Below are positions 37,528-47,863 of a DNA stretch of 64,000 nucleotides, in pieces. Origin of the DNA: Gemmatimonadota bacterium (GTDB lineage Bacteria > Gemmatimonadota > Gemmatimonadetes > Palauibacterales > Palauibacteraceae); assembly GCA_046484665.1 (NCBI GenBank), contig JAWOIN010000160.1, forward strand, positions 3,497 to 67,496. The letters are read 5' to 3'. The notes below the pieces were generated by a model. The model ran no database searches. It worked only from the letters and a program-made list of their open reading frames with translations, and was not told where the DNA came from. The translations under genes and the position numbers were made by a program. Numbering within the stretch: position 1 is the first letter of the stretch; each line of letters starts with the position of its first letter.

Positions 37528-38802
37528 ATGGACCCGATGAGCGCGACCTCGTTCGTGGTCTTCACGACCCTCAAGATCCTGGTGTTCTTCGTCCTGCTGC
37601 TCGTGTTCGTGGCGCTCTCGACCTACTTCGAGCGCAAGGTCGCTGGCTTCATCCAGGACCGCAGCGGTCCGAACCGGGTCGGCCCGCTCGGCCTGCTCCA
37701 GGTGATGGCGGACGGCCTCAAGTTCATTCTCAAGGAGGAGCTGGAGCCGGGCGGCGCAAACCTGAAGTTCTTCTTCCTGGCTCCCGTGCTGGCGCTCGTC
37801 CCCGCCACGGTCCTGTTCGGCGTCATCCCCTTCGCCTCCCCGCTTCCGACGAAATGGGGGCTGAGCGAGATGATCGTGGCCGACGTGCCGATCGGCTTCC
37901 TTTACGTGCTCGCGATCGCCTCCTTCGGGGTGTACGGAATCGTGGTGGCGGGGTGGTCGTCGAACTCGAAGTACTCCTTCCTGGGCGGCCTTCGCGGTTC
38001 GGCGCAGATGATCAGCTACGAGATCGCGCTCGCGATGAGCCTCGTCCCGGTGCTGATGCTGGTCGGCAACGTCGCGATGCCGGAGATCGTCGCGGCGCAG
38101 CAGGGAGCCGGCGGCGCGCACGGCGGGTACGGCGTCTGGTTCGTGCTCCCGCTCATGGTGTCGGCGCTGATCTTCGTGATCTCGGGCCTCGCCGAGACGA
38201 ACCGGATCCCGTTCGACCTGCCGGAGGCGGAGGGCGAGCTCGTCGGCGGCTACCACACCGAGTACTCGGCGATGAAGTTCGGCATGTTCTTTCTCGGCGA
38301 GTACGCGCACCTGATCACGACGGCGGCCCTGATCACGGTATTCTTCCTCGGCGGGTGGGATATCCCGTTCTGGAGCGGGGACGACATCCGGGTGCTCGCG
38401 GACGGGACGGTGCTCGGCGATCCGACCTGGTGGAAGACCCTGCTCACCTTCACCGCCTTCTCGGTGAAGACGCTGCTGCTCGTCCTCGCGTTCATGTGGA
38501 TCCGGTGGACGATCCCCAGGTTCCGCTACGACCAGCTGATGGACCTGGGCTGGAAGGTCTTCCTGCCTCTGCTGATGGGCTACATCCTGCTCACCGGCCT
38601 GGCGATGTACCTGCTCGACGCGTCGGGCGTTCCCGTGGGCCTCCGTTACGCGGCGATCCTGACGGCCCTCAACCTGGTGCTGATGGCGATCCTCCTGTGG
38701 GGTCTCGACCGCGGTGCGATCGTGCAGGGAGGCACCGCACGGACACGCGTGATGCGGGGGCGGCCGCGACCGGTCGTCACCGCGCGAAGCGAGGCGGACT
38801 GA
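37528..38802 (+). CDS. nuoH: NADH-quinone oxidoreductase subunit H
   Basis: It carries the ND1-family motifs FIQDRSGPNRVGPLGLLQ and EAEGELVGGYHTEYS. Confidence 0.93.
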   Translation: MDPMSATSFVVFTTLKILVFFVLLLVFVALSTYFERKVAGFIQDRSGPNRVGPLGLLQVMADGLKFILKEELEPGGANLKFFFLAPVLALVPATVLFGVIPFASPLPTKWGLSEMIVADVPIGFLYVLAIASFGVYGIVVAGWSSNSKYSFLGGLRGSAQMISYEIALAMSLVPVLMLVGNVAMPEIVAAQQGAGGAHGGYGVWFVLPLMVSALIFVISGLAETNRIPFDLPEAEGELVGGYHTEYSAMKFGMFFLGEYAHLITTAALITVFFLGGWDIPFWSGDDIRVLADGTVLGDPTWWKTLLTFTAFSVKTLLLVLAFMWIRWTIPRFRYDQLMDLGWKVFLPLLMGYILLTGLAMYLLDASGVPVGLRYAAILTALNLVLMAILLWGLDRGAIVQGGTARTRVMRGRPRPVVTARSEAD

Positions 38803-38803
38803 C

Positions 38804-39301
38804 ATGCCGGGAAGCGTGAAGGTGGTGCGACGGCCCGAGGAGAAGGCCTCCTACATCCGGGCCGTCTCGAAGGGGATGGCGATCACGCTGAAGCACCTTC
38901 TCGATCCGAAGAAGGTGACGCAGCAGTACCCCGACGAGAAGTGGGAGCTGTCGCCCCGGATGCGGGGCACCCACCGGATGGCCACGCACGAGGACGGGCG
39001 GGCGAAGTGCGTCGGCTGCGGGCTCTGCCCGACGGTCTGTCCGGTGAACTGCATCAAGCTGATCCCCGCCGAAGACGAGAACGGGGAGCGGTACGCGGCG
39101 GTCTACGAGATCGACGAGTTCCGCTGCATCTTCTGCGGCTTCTGCCAGGAGGTCTGCCCCGTCGAGGCCATTCACCTGGGTGTCCACTACGAGAACGCGG
39201 AGTACAGCCGGGAGCGCTGGGTCTACGACCTCGAGCGCCTCACCGAGCTCGACCACCCGTTCACTGCGCTCTGGGACCCCTTCGACCCCGCCTCCGAATG
39301 A
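38804..39301 (+). CDS. nuoI: NADH-quinone oxidoreductase subunit I
   Basis: Two 4Fe-4S ferredoxin motifs, CVGCGLCPTVCP and CIFCGFCQEVCP. Confidence 0.93.
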   Translation: MPGSVKVVRRPEEKASYIRAVSKGMAITLKHLLDPKKVTQQYPDEKWELSPRMRGTHRMATHEDGRAKCVGCGLCPTVCPVNCIKLIPAEDENGERYAAVYEIDEFRCIFCGFCQEVCPVEAIHLGVHYENAEYSRERWVYDLERLTELDHPFTALWDPFDPASE

Positions 39302-39825
39302 TCGAATACTTCTTTTTCCTGCTCTTCGCCGTCATGGCCGCCGTCGGGGCCGTGATGATGATCGGGAGCCGCAATCCGGTGGCCAGCCTCATGTACCTCG
39401 TGCTGGCCTTCTTCGCCCTGTCGGGGATCTTCGTCCTGCTCGACGCCCACTTCCTGGCCGCCGCCCAGGTGATCGTCTACACGGGGGCGATCCTGGTGCT
39501 GTTCCTGTTAGTGATCATGCTCCTCAACCTCGGGCACCGGGAGGAGATCGACCTGCGCGGGTTGACGGCGAGGCTCGTGGCGCTCGTGGCCGGGTCCGCC
39601 CTGTTCGCGTTCGTCGGCGCGCTCGTGATGCGCGGGCGTCCCGCGACGATCGCCGGCGAGTCGAGCCGCGAGGCCGTGGCACTGCTCATCTCCTCCCGCG
39701 GCGCGGTCGCGGCGGTCGCGGAGCCGCTGTTCACGAGCTACCTCGTGCCGTTCGAGGTGACATCCCTGCTCCTGCTGGTGGCCATCGTCGGGGCGATCGT
39801 CCTGGCGCGGCGCCGCGCGCCCTGA
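39298..39825 (+). CDS. nuoJ: NADH-quinone oxidoreductase subunit J
   Basis: It begins [39 protein letters not shown]. The ATG overlaps the nuoI stop. Confidence 0.88.
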   Translation: MIEYFFFLLFAVMAAVGAVMMIGSRNPVASLMYLVLAFFALSGIFVLLDAHFLAAAQVIVYTGAILVLFLLVIMLLNLGHREEIDLRGLTARLVALVAGSALFAFVGALVMRGRPATIAGESSREAVALLISSRGAVAAVAEPLFTSYLVPFEVTSLLLLVAIVGAIVLARRRAP

Positions 39826-39835
39826 GGCACCGGAC

Positions 39836-40141
39836 ATGCACATGGACATCGAAAGCGGCTCCCTGCTGCTCAGCGCCTTTCTGTTCGCGGTGGGCGCGGC
39901 GGGCGTGCTCGTCCGCCGGAACGCGATCATCATGTTCATGTGCATCGAGCTCATGCTCAACGCCGTGAACCTCACGCTGATCGTGTACTCCCGCTCGCTC
40001 GGCCTCGAGGCGCAGGTGCTCGTGTTCTTCGTCCTGGCCGTGGCGGCCGCCGAGGCCGCGGTGGGGCTCGCGATCATCATCGCGATCTTCCGCCACTACG
40101 AGCTCGTGGACGTGGATCGCTTCAACATCCTGAGGTGGTGA
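39836..40141 (+). CDS. nuoK: NADH-quinone oxidoreductase subunit K
   Basis: 101 aa. It carries [16 protein letters not shown]. Confidence 0.9.
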   Translation: MHMDIESGSLLLSAFLFAVGAAGVLVRRNAIIMFMCIELMLNAVNLTLIVYSRSLGLEAQVLVFFVLAVAAAEAAVGLAIIIAIFRHYELVDVDRFNILRW

Positions 40142-40145
40142 CCCC

Positions 40146-42167
40146 GTGGTGAGCCTTCCGATGCTCCTCCAGGAGGCGCACGCCGCCTACGAGCCGATCC
40201 TCCCGGCCCTCATTCTCGCCCTCCCCCTCGCAGGAGCGGCGGTGAACGGCCTCGGGGCGTTCCTGTGGCGGGAGAACAAGGCGATCCCGAGCCTCGTAGG
40301 GCCGCTCGCGGTGATCGCTGCGTTCGGGATCGTCGTCGCGAACTACCTCGCGATGCGGGGGGCGGGGCTCCACGACCCCGCCGTCGTGCCGTTGTGGACC
40401 TGGATGGCGTCCGGCGACCTCCGGGTCGGGGTCGACCTCCAGTTCGACCAGCTCTCGGTGCTGATGGCCCTCGTGGTGACCGGGGTGAGCTCGGTCATCC
40501 ACGTCTACAGCGTCGGGTACATGGGTGAGGACCCGGGATACTCGCGGTACTTCTCCTACCTGAACCTGTTCGTCTTCTTCATGCTCGTGCTCGTGCTGAG
40601 CGCGAACTTCGGCTTCACTTTCGTGGGCTGGGAAGGGGTCGGGCTCTGCTCGTACCTGCTGATCGGCTTCTGGTACGAGAACCGGGATTTCGCGAGCGCG
40701 GGCAAGAAGGCGTTCATCGTGAACCGGATCGGGGACTTCGGCTTCCTGGTGGCGATGTTCCTGATCCTCGTCCACTTCGGCACGCTGGACTACCGCGGCG
40801 TGTTCGGCGCGGCCCCGGCGACGCTCGCCTACGGCGGGGCGGTGATCACCGCGATCACGCTCTTCCTGTTCCTCGGCTGCACCGGGAAGTCGGCGCAGAT
40901 CCCGCTCTACGTGTGGCTGCCGGACGCGATGGCGGGCCCCACCCCGGTCTCGGCCCTGATCCACGCCGCGACGATGGTCACGGCGGGCGTGTATCTCGTG
41001 GCCCGAGCCGGCGTGCTGTTCGCGATGGCGCCGGCCTCGCAGGCGGTCGTCGCGGCGGTCGGCGCCGGCACCGCGATCTTCGCGGCGACGATCGCCACGC
41101 AGCAGTACGACATCAAGAAGGTCCTCGCCTACAGCACGGTCTCGCAGCTCGGCTACATGTTCCTCGCCGTCGGGATCGGCGCGTACACGGCGGGGATCTT
41201 CCACCTGATGACGCACGCCTTCTTCAAGGCCCTGCTGTTCCTCGGGTCGGGCGCCGTGATCCACGCGATGCACCACGCCTATCACGCGACGGACCGGCAT
41301 GACGACCCGAACGACATGCGGAATTACGGCGGTCTGCGCCGCACGATGCCGATCACGTTCGCGACGATGTGGGTGGGAACGCTGACGATCGCGGGGATCT
41401 TCCCGCTCGCGGGGTTCTTCTCGAAGGACGAGATCATCTGGTACACCGGCGCCTACGGCTACGGTCTGCTGTGGGGCGTGGCGCTCCTCGCGGCGCTGCT
41501 CACCGCCGGCTACATGACGCGCCTCATGGTCATGACCTTCCACGGCGACAACCGGACGGGGGAGGCGGAGCGGAAGCACCTGCGCGAGGTCCCGGCGGTG
41601 ATGTGGGTCCCGCTGGCGGTGCTCGCCGCGGCGTCGGTCGCGGGCGGCTGGGTGAACGTCCCGGACGCGCTGCCGGTCCTGCCGGGCGTGCACGCGCTGC
41701 ACGACTGGCTGCACCCCGTGTTCGCGCCGGCCCGCGGCGTGCTCGAGGCCCACGGGCTCCACGAGGCCCACGCCTCGCCGATCGGGGGGGGAGAGGCGAT
41801 GTGGGCGGGCCTCTCGACCGTCGCGGCGGCCGTCGTGATCCTGCTGTCGTTCCGGGCGCTGGCGCGGCGGCGCCAGCTGCCGGCGGCGGAGGCGGTGGAG
41901 CCCACGGGCCTCGCCGGCGTGCTCTACAACAAGTGGTACGTGGACGAGCTCTACGACCGGGTGATCGTTCGCCCCCTGCTCGCGCTGTGGCGCGGCTGCT
42001 GGCGGATCGTCGACGCCGGACTGATCGACGGGACGATCAACGGCCTCGCCATGGGCTCCCGGGCGGTGGGATGGGTCGGCAGCCTGTTCCAGACTGGGCG
42101 CCTGGCCACGTACATGTTCTACTTCGTGACCGGGGTCCTCGTGATCCTCGCCACCTTCCTGCTCTGA
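40146..42167 (+). CDS. nuoL: NADH-quinone oxidoreductase subunit L
   Basis: 673 aa. It carries the ND5-family motif GWEGVGLCSYLLIGFWY and a long C-terminal helix region. Confidence 0.93.
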   Translation: MVSLPMLLQEAHAAYEPILPALILALPLAGAAVNGLGAFLWRENKAIPSLVGPLAVIAAFGIVVANYLAMRGAGLHDPAVVPLWTWMASGDLRVGVDLQFDQLSVLMALVVTGVSSVIHVYSVGYMGEDPGYSRYFSYLNLFVFFMLVLVLSANFGFTFVGWEGVGLCSYLLIGFWYENRDFASAGKKAFIVNRIGDFGFLVAMFLILVHFGTLDYRGVFGAAPATLAYGGAVITAITLFLFLGCTGKSAQIPLYVWLPDAMAGPTPVSALIHAATMVTAGVYLVARAGVLFAMAPASQAVVAAVGAGTAIFAATIATQQYDIKKVLAYSTVSQLGYMFLAVGIGAYTAGIFHLMTHAFFKALLFLGSGAVIHAMHHAYHATDRHDDPNDMRNYGGLRRTMPITFATMWVGTLTIAGIFPLAGFFSKDEIIWYTGAYGYGLLWGVALLAALLTAGYMTRLMVMTFHGDNRTGEAERKHLREVPAVMWVPLAVLAAASVAGGWVNVPDALPVLPGVHALHDWLHPVFAPARGVLEAHGLHEAHASPIGGGEAMWAGLSTVAAAVVILLSFRALARRRQLPAAEAVEPTGLAGVLYNKWYVDELYDRVIVRPLLALWRGCWRIVDAGLIDGTINGLAMGSRAVGWVGSLFQTGRLATYMFYFVTGVLVILATFLL

Positions 42168-42180
42168 GCGGAATCGAGCC

Positions 42181-43752
42181 GTGAGCTTCTTCGAGAGTCA
42201 CTGGGTCCTCACCGCGCTCCTCGTCCTCCCGCTGGCGGGAGGGGCGCTCTGCCTCGCCGCGCGCGAGGGGGACGCGAAGCACGTGGCGATGGGGACGAGC
42301 CTGCTGACGTTCCTCCTCTCGGTGCCGCTGTTCTGGAGCTTCCGCGAGGGCACGGCCGCGATCCAGAACTACGTCTCGATCCCCTGGATCGGGCAGTGGG
42401 GAATCAGCTACGCGGTCGGCGTGGACGGGATCTCGCTGCTGATGGTCCTGCTCACGACGTTCATCGTGCCGCTCGCCATCCTCGGGTCGTACAGCTACAT
42501 CCGCCGTCAGCAGCGGGCCTACTACGCGATGATGATGCTGCTGACCACGGCGATGATCGGCGTCTTCGTCGCGCTCGACCTGTTCCTGTTCTTCCTGTTC
42601 TGGGAGATCATGCTCATCCCGATGTACTTCCTGATCGGGGTGTGGGGCGGCGAGCGGCGGATCTACGCCGCCGTGAAGTTCTTCCTGTTCACGGCGGTGG
42701 GGTCGCTGCTGATGCTCGTGGCGATCCTCGCGCTGGTCTACCTCTACCACGGCCAGTACGGGACCGTGACGTTCGCCTACAACGAGCTCGTGCAGCTGCC
42801 GGTGGCGCGGTCGCTCCAGTTCTGGCTGTTCGCGGCGTTCGCGCTCGCGTTCGCGATCAAGGTGCCGCTGTTCCCCTTCCACACCTGGCTTCCCGACGCC
42901 CACGTGGAGGCGCCGACGGCCGGGTCCGTGATCCTGGCCGGGGTCCTGCTCAAGATGGGGACATACGGATTCCTCCGCTTTGCGCTCCCGTTCTTCTCGC
43001 ACGCCGCGACGAACGAGGTCGTGGTGAACACGATCATCGTGCTCAGCGTGATCGGCATCGTGTACGGGGCGTGGGTCGCGGCGGTGCAGCCCGACGCGAA
43101 GAAGCTGATCGCCTACACCTCGGTGGCGCACCTCGGCTTCGTGATGATGGGGCTGTTCGCTCTCACGACCCCGTCGGTGCAGGGCGGGATCCTCCAGATG
43201 GTGAATCACGGCATCTCGACCGGGGCACTGTTCCTCCTGATCGGGATGCTCTACGAGCGACGGCACACGAGGATGATCGAGGAGTACGGCGGGATCGCGA
43301 AGACGATGCCGGTGTTCGCGTTCGCCTTCCTCGTCGTCGCCCTCAGCTCGATCGGGCTCCCGGGGACGAACGGTTTCGTCGGAGAGTTCCTGATCCTGGT
43401 CGGGACGTTCCGCACGCACCCGGTCGCCGCCGTGGTCGCCACGACCGGGGTGATCTTCGCAGCCGCCTACATGCTGCCGATGGTCCAGCGCGTCCTGTAC
43501 GGGAAGCTGGACCGGGAGGAGAACCGCCAGCTGCGGGACATCGGACTGCGCGAGCGCGTCATCCTGCTCCCGGCGCTGGTGATGATCATCCTGATCGGGG
43601 TCTACCCGGGCCCGTTCCTCGCCCGGACCTCCGCGTCCGTGGACGCGCTGCTGGAGCAGGTCGAGCGGCGCGCCCGGCAGGCGCCCGCGGTGGAGGCCCC
43701 GTCCGACCTCCGTTTCGATCGCATGCCCATCCTGGGCCTCGACGAGTTCTGA
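42181..43752 (+). CDS. nuoM: NADH-quinone oxidoreductase subunit M
   Basis: 523 aa. It carries the ND4-family motif FFLFWEIMLIPMYFLIGVWGG. Confidence 0.93.
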   Translation: MSFFESHWVLTALLVLPLAGGALCLAAREGDAKHVAMGTSLLTFLLSVPLFWSFREGTAAIQNYVSIPWIGQWGISYAVGVDGISLLMVLLTTFIVPLAILGSYSYIRRQQRAYYAMMMLLTTAMIGVFVALDLFLFFLFWEIMLIPMYFLIGVWGGERRIYAAVKFFLFTAVGSLLMLVAILALVYLYHGQYGTVTFAYNELVQLPVARSLQFWLFAAFALAFAIKVPLFPFHTWLPDAHVEAPTAGSVILAGVLLKMGTYGFLRFALPFFSHAATNEVVVNTIIVLSVIGIVYGAWVAAVQPDAKKLIAYTSVAHLGFVMMGLFALTTPSVQGGILQMVNHGISTGALFLLIGMLYERRHTRMIEEYGGIAKTMPVFAFAFLVVALSSIGLPGTNGFVGEFLILVGTFRTHPVAAVVATTGVIFAAAYMLPMVQRVLYGKLDREENRQLRDIGLRERVILLPALVMIILIGVYPGPFLARTSASVDALLEQVERRARQAPAVEAPSDLRFDRMPILGLDEF

Positions 43753-43765
43753 GAGGGTTGACGCC

Positions 43766-45328
43766 GTGATCCTGGATTTCAGCTCGCAGGCGCACTACTT
43801 CTGGGCGCTCCTCCCGGAGATCGTGCTCGCGGTCGTCGCCCTCGCGGTGCTGCTGCTCGACGTGTTCCGGCGCGGCAAGGGCAGCGGCGGAGCGGCGCGC
43901 TGGCTCGGCTGGCTGGCCGTGGCCGGCGTCGTCGCGGCGGCCATCGCGAACGCCTGGCTCCTGACGGTGGATGCCGTAGGAACGACTGGGATGATCGCCC
44001 TCGACGGGTTCCGGGTCGCCACGAACTTCGTCGTGCTCGGTGCGGTCGGGCTCGGCCTCCTGTTCTCGTTCGACTGGCTGGAGCGCGAGGACCTGCAGAT
44101 CGGGGAGTACCACTTCCTCGTGCTGATGGCGGCCGTCGGGATGATGCTGCTCGGGGGAACCCGGGACCTGATCGTCCTGTTCGTCGCGATCGAGCTGATG
44201 TCGATCTCGGTCTACGTGCTCACGGGCCTGAACCGCCGCGACCGGCGCTCCGCGGAGGCGGCGCTCAAGTACTTCCTGATCGGCGCCTTCGCAAGCGGGT
44301 TCCTGCTGTACGGGATCGCCCTGATCTTCGGCGCGGCGGGGAGCACGAACCTGAGCCTCGTCACGGTCGAGCTCGCCCGGGGCGTCGCGGAGCGGAGCCC
44401 GCTGCTGTACGCGGGCGTGGCCCTGCTGCTGGTGGGCTTCGCCTTCAAGGTCTCCGCCGTGCCGTTCCACATGTGGACCCCGGATGCCTACGAGGGCGCG
44501 CCGACGCCCGTCACCGGGATCATGGCCGCCGGCGTCAAGGCTGCGGGGTTCGCGGCCATTCTTCGGATCCTCACGGTGGAGCTCGCGCCCGCGATGCCCT
44601 TCTGGCAGGGGATCGTCTGGTGGCTCGCGATGCTCACGATGATCGTCCCGAACCTGATCGCTCTCGCCCAGGACGACGTGAAGCGGATGCTGGCGTACTC
44701 GTCGATCGCGCACGCGGGCTACCTGCTCGTGGGGATCGCGGCGGCGAGCGCGCTCGGGCGCTCGGCGACGCTGTTCTACCTCGCGGTGTACGCGATCATG
44801 ACCCTCGGGGCGTTCGCCGTCCTCTACGTGGTGGCGGGGAAGGGCGACGCGCGCGCGCGGCTGAGCGACTTCCGCGGGCTCGGCTGGAGGCGGCCGCTGC
44901 TTGGATTCGCTCTCGTTGTGTTCCTTCTCTCCCTGGCCGGCTTCCCACCGACCGGCGGCTTCATCGGAAAGGTCTACCTGCTGAGCGCGGCCGTGGAGGC
45001 CCGGCAGATCGCCCTGGCGATCACGCTCGTGCTCACGAGCCTGCTCTCCTACTACTACTATCTCCGGGTGGTCTGGAAGATGTACTTCGAGCAGGCGCCC
45101 GACGGAGCACCGCTGCCGGCCACGCCCGGCGTGGCGTTCCGGCTCGCGGCAGCCTCCGCGGTCGTCGCGATCCTGGCCGCAGGACTGTTCCCGGGCCACG
45201 CGCTGCGGGCAGTGGGGCGCGCCGGGGCCGACCTGAGGCCGCGGACGGCGGTGGTGGCGCCCGACGTTCCCGGGACGCCCGTTCCGGCCACCGCGCCCGT
45301 GAATCAGGACGAGAGCGCGACGCCGTAG
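43766..45328 (+). CDS. nuoN: NADH-quinone oxidoreductase subunit N
   Basis: 520 aa. It carries the ND2-family motifs FKVSAVPFHMWTPDAYEGAPTPVT. Confidence 0.93.
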   Translation: MILDFSSQAHYFWALLPEIVLAVVALAVLLLDVFRRGKGSGGAARWLGWLAVAGVVAAAIANAWLLTVDAVGTTGMIALDGFRVATNFVVLGAVGLGLLFSFDWLEREDLQIGEYHFLVLMAAVGMMLLGGTRDLIVLFVAIELMSISVYVLTGLNRRDRRSAEAALKYFLIGAFASGFLLYGIALIFGAAGSTNLSLVTVELARGVAERSPLLYAGVALLLVGFAFKVSAVPFHMWTPDAYEGAPTPVTGIMAAGVKAAGFAAILRILTVELAPAMPFWQGIVWWLAMLTMIVPNLIALAQDDVKRMLAYSSIAHAGYLLVGIAAASALGRSATLFYLAVYAIMTLGAFAVLYVVAGKGDARARLSDFRGLGWRRPLLGFALVVFLLSLAGFPPTGGFIGKVYLLSAAVEARQIALAITLVLTSLLSYYYYLRVVWKMYFEQAPDGAPLPATPGVAFRLAAASAVVAILAAGLFPGHALRAVGRAGADLRPRTAVVAPDVPGTPVPATAPVNQDESATP

Positions 45329-45473
45329 TCGAGGTCCTAGGCGGGGCCCGCCGGCCGCCCGCGCGGAGGTTCACCCCGAGGCGCCGTCTCCGGGTCCCGG
45401 TTTCCCGCCGCCTCCGCCGGGAGGGGCGACGGGGCCGCAAGGGGCCCGGGACGGCGCCCCGCACGAGGATGAG

Positions 45474-46856
45474 ATGAACGTATCGAGCACGATCTTCCGG
45501 GAGTACGACATCCGCGGCATCGTCGGCCGGGACCTCACGGCCGAGATCGCCCGGGCGGTCGGGCGCGCCTACGCGACCCGCCTGCGCGAGAGGACGGGGC
45601 TGGCGCGGCCGACGGTGGCGGTCGGCCACGACAACCGTCCGAGCTCGCCCGACCTGACGGATGCGCTCTGCGCGGGGCTCAACGCGTCCGGGGCGGATGT
45701 GAGCCTCGTCGGGCTCGCCCCGACCCCGGTCCTCTACTACGCCGCAGCCGAGCTCGAAACCGACGGCGGGATCCAGGTCACCGGCTCGCACAATCCGCCG
45801 GAGTACAACGGGATCAAGATGATCGTGGCGGACGGATCGTTGTACGGCGAGGCGATCCAGGACCTCCGGCGGCGGGTGGAGACCGACGCCTGGGCGGAGG
45901 GCGCGGGCGAGACGACGCGGGTCGAGATCCTCGAGCGGTACCGCGACGCCGTGGCGTCGGCCGTGAGCCTTCCGTTCCCCGTCAAGCTCGTCATCGACTG
46001 CGGGAACGGGACCGGCAGCATGATCGCGGTCGAGGCGCTCGAGGCGGCCGGGGTCGAGGTCGTTCCCCTGTACTGCGAGTCGGACGGCACCTTCCCGAAT
46101 CACCACCCGGACCCCACCGTCGACGCGAACCTGGTGGACCTGATCGCGCTCGTGCAGGAGAGCGGCGCCGCGATGGGGATCGGCCTCGACGGGGACGCCG
46201 ACCGTCTTGGCGCTGTGGACGAGAACGGCCGGATCGTGAGGGGGGACCACCTCCTTCTCCTTTACGCGCTCGACATCCTCCCAGAGTGGCCGGGGGCGGA
46301 AGTCGTGTTCGACGTGAAGTGCTCGAAGGCGCTGCCTGAGATGATCGAGCGCGCGGGCGGCGTGCCGGTGATGTGGAAGACCGGACACTCGCTGATCAAG
46401 GAGCGGATGAAGGCCGGCGGATCGCCGGTGGCGGGCGAGATGAGCGGTCACATCTGCCTTGCCGACCGCTGGTATGGCTTCGACGACGCGATCTACAATG
46501 CGGCGAGGCTCGCCGAGCTGGTGGCGCGCACGGGGCGGCCGCTCTCGGAGCTGGCCGCGCGCATCCCCTCCTACCCGTCCACGCCCGAGATCCGGGTCGA
46601 CTGCCCCGAGGAGCGGAAGTTCGAGGTCGTCGAGCGGACGGTCGAGCACTACCGCGCCTCTTACGACGTGATCGACATCGACGGCGCGAGGGTCCTGTTC
46701 GACGACGGATGGGCGCTCGTGCGCGCCAGCAACACGCAGCCCGTGATCGTCTGCCGGTTCGAGGCGGACACGGAGGAGGCGCTCCGGCGGATTCGGGACG
46801 ACGTGGCGGAATGGCTGGAGAGGCAGGGCGTCACCGTGCCCTCCCTCGACGGCTGA
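45474..46856 (+). CDS. Phosphomannomutase/phosphoglucomutase
   Basis: It carries the active-site Ser motif TGSHNPPEYNGIK and the metal-binding motif GLDGDADR. 460 aa. Confidence 0.9.
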   Translation: MNVSSTIFREYDIRGIVGRDLTAEIARAVGRAYATRLRERTGLARPTVAVGHDNRPSSPDLTDALCAGLNASGADVSLVGLAPTPVLYYAAAELETDGGIQVTGSHNPPEYNGIKMIVADGSLYGEAIQDLRRRVETDAWAEGAGETTRVEILERYRDAVASAVSLPFPVKLVIDCGNGTGSMIAVEALEAAGVEVVPLYCESDGTFPNHHPDPTVDANLVDLIALVQESGAAMGIGLDGDADRLGAVDENGRIVRGDHLLLLYALDILPEWPGAEVVFDVKCSKALPEMIERAGGVPVMWKTGHSLIKERMKAGGSPVAGEMSGHICLADRWYGFDDAIYNAARLAELVARTGRPLSELAARIPSYPSTPEIRVDCPEERKFEVVERTVEHYRASYDVIDIDGARVLFDDGWALVRASNTQPVIVCRFEADTEEALRRIRDDVAEWLERQGVTVPSLDG

Positions 46857-46866
46857 CCGGGGGCGC

Positions 46867-47820
46867 ATGAGCCCGGACCGGATGTCGGTGGTCGTCGCGA
46901 TCGGCGGCAACGCCCTCTCGCCGTCGGGCGAGTCGGCGTCCATCTACAACCAGTTCCGCCACACGCGGGAGAGCCTCGCCTCGATCGTGGACCTGGCCTG
47001 CGGCGGCTGGCGGATCGCGATCGTCCACGGCAACGGGCCGCAGGTGGGCGACGAGCTGCTGCGCAACGAGTCGGCCCGGGCCGAAGTGCAGCAGCTCCCC
47101 CTCGGCGTCCTCGTCGCGGGGACGGCCGGCTGGATCGGCTACATGATCCAGCAGTCGCTGCAGAACGCGCTGGCCAGGGCGGGCAGCGACCGGCGCGTCG
47201 TCACGCTGATCACCCAGGCCCGGGTCGAGCCGGACGACTCCGCTCTCGGGGAGCCCACGAAGTTCATCGGCCGCAGCCTGCCGGCCGACGTCGCCGAGGA
47301 GCTGCAGGCCGACGGAATCCACATCGAGGAGGACCCCCGGGGGAACCTGCGGCGGCGGGTGCCCAGCCCGATCCCGGTAGAGATCGTCGAGGCCGAGATG
47401 GTGGGCGAGCTCGTTGCCCGGGGCGACATCGTGATCGCCGCCGGAGGCGGAGGCATCCCGGTGTACCGCGACCCGTTCCTCGGGCTCGAGGGGGTGGACG
47501 CGGTCGTGGACAAGGATCGCGCCGCCGCGATCCTCGGCCGCGAGATCGGCGCGAGCATCCTGCTCATCCTGACCGACGTGGACGGCGTGTACGCGGACTG
47601 GGGCACGGACCGGGCCCGACGGCTGCCCCGGCTCACGGCCCCGGAAGCCCGCGAGCTGCTCGGGTCGGACGTCCTCGGCACGGGAAGCATGCGGCCGAAG
47701 GTCGAGGCGGCCGTCCACTTCGTGGAGGCCGGCGGCGACCGGGCGATCATCGCCGCGCTGGAGGAGGGGCCCGCCGCGCTCGACGGCGAGGCCGGCACGA
47801 CGATCGTACCCGGCCCTTGA
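46867..47820 (+). CDS. arcC: Carbamate kinase
   Basis: It carries VVVAIGGNAL, IAIVHGNGPQVG and the amino-acid-kinase-family C-motifs (VIAAGGGGIPV). No arcA or arcB lies nearby. Confidence 0.8.
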   Translation: MSPDRMSVVVAIGGNALSPSGESASIYNQFRHTRESLASIVDLACGGWRIAIVHGNGPQVGDELLRNESARAEVQQLPLGVLVAGTAGWIGYMIQQSLQNALARAGSDRRVVTLITQARVEPDDSALGEPTKFIGRSLPADVAEELQADGIHIEEDPRGNLRRRVPSPIPVEIVEAEMVGELVARGDIVIAAGGGGIPVYRDPFLGLEGVDAVVDKDRAAAILGREIGASILLILTDVDGVYADWGTDRARRLPRLTAPEARELLGSDVLGTGSMRPKVEAAVHFVEAGGDRAIIAALEEGPAALDGEAGTTIVPGP

Positions 47821-47863
47821 CGGGGCCCGTGGAACCGTACCCGGAAACGCGACGAAGGCGGAG

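Noticed and set aside
45329-45473. Possible terminator or attenuator after nuoN (GGCGGGGCCCGCCGGCCGCCCGC)
   Set aside because: The inverted repeat is imperfect and lacks a U-run. It cannot be told apart from a random GC-rich palindrome.
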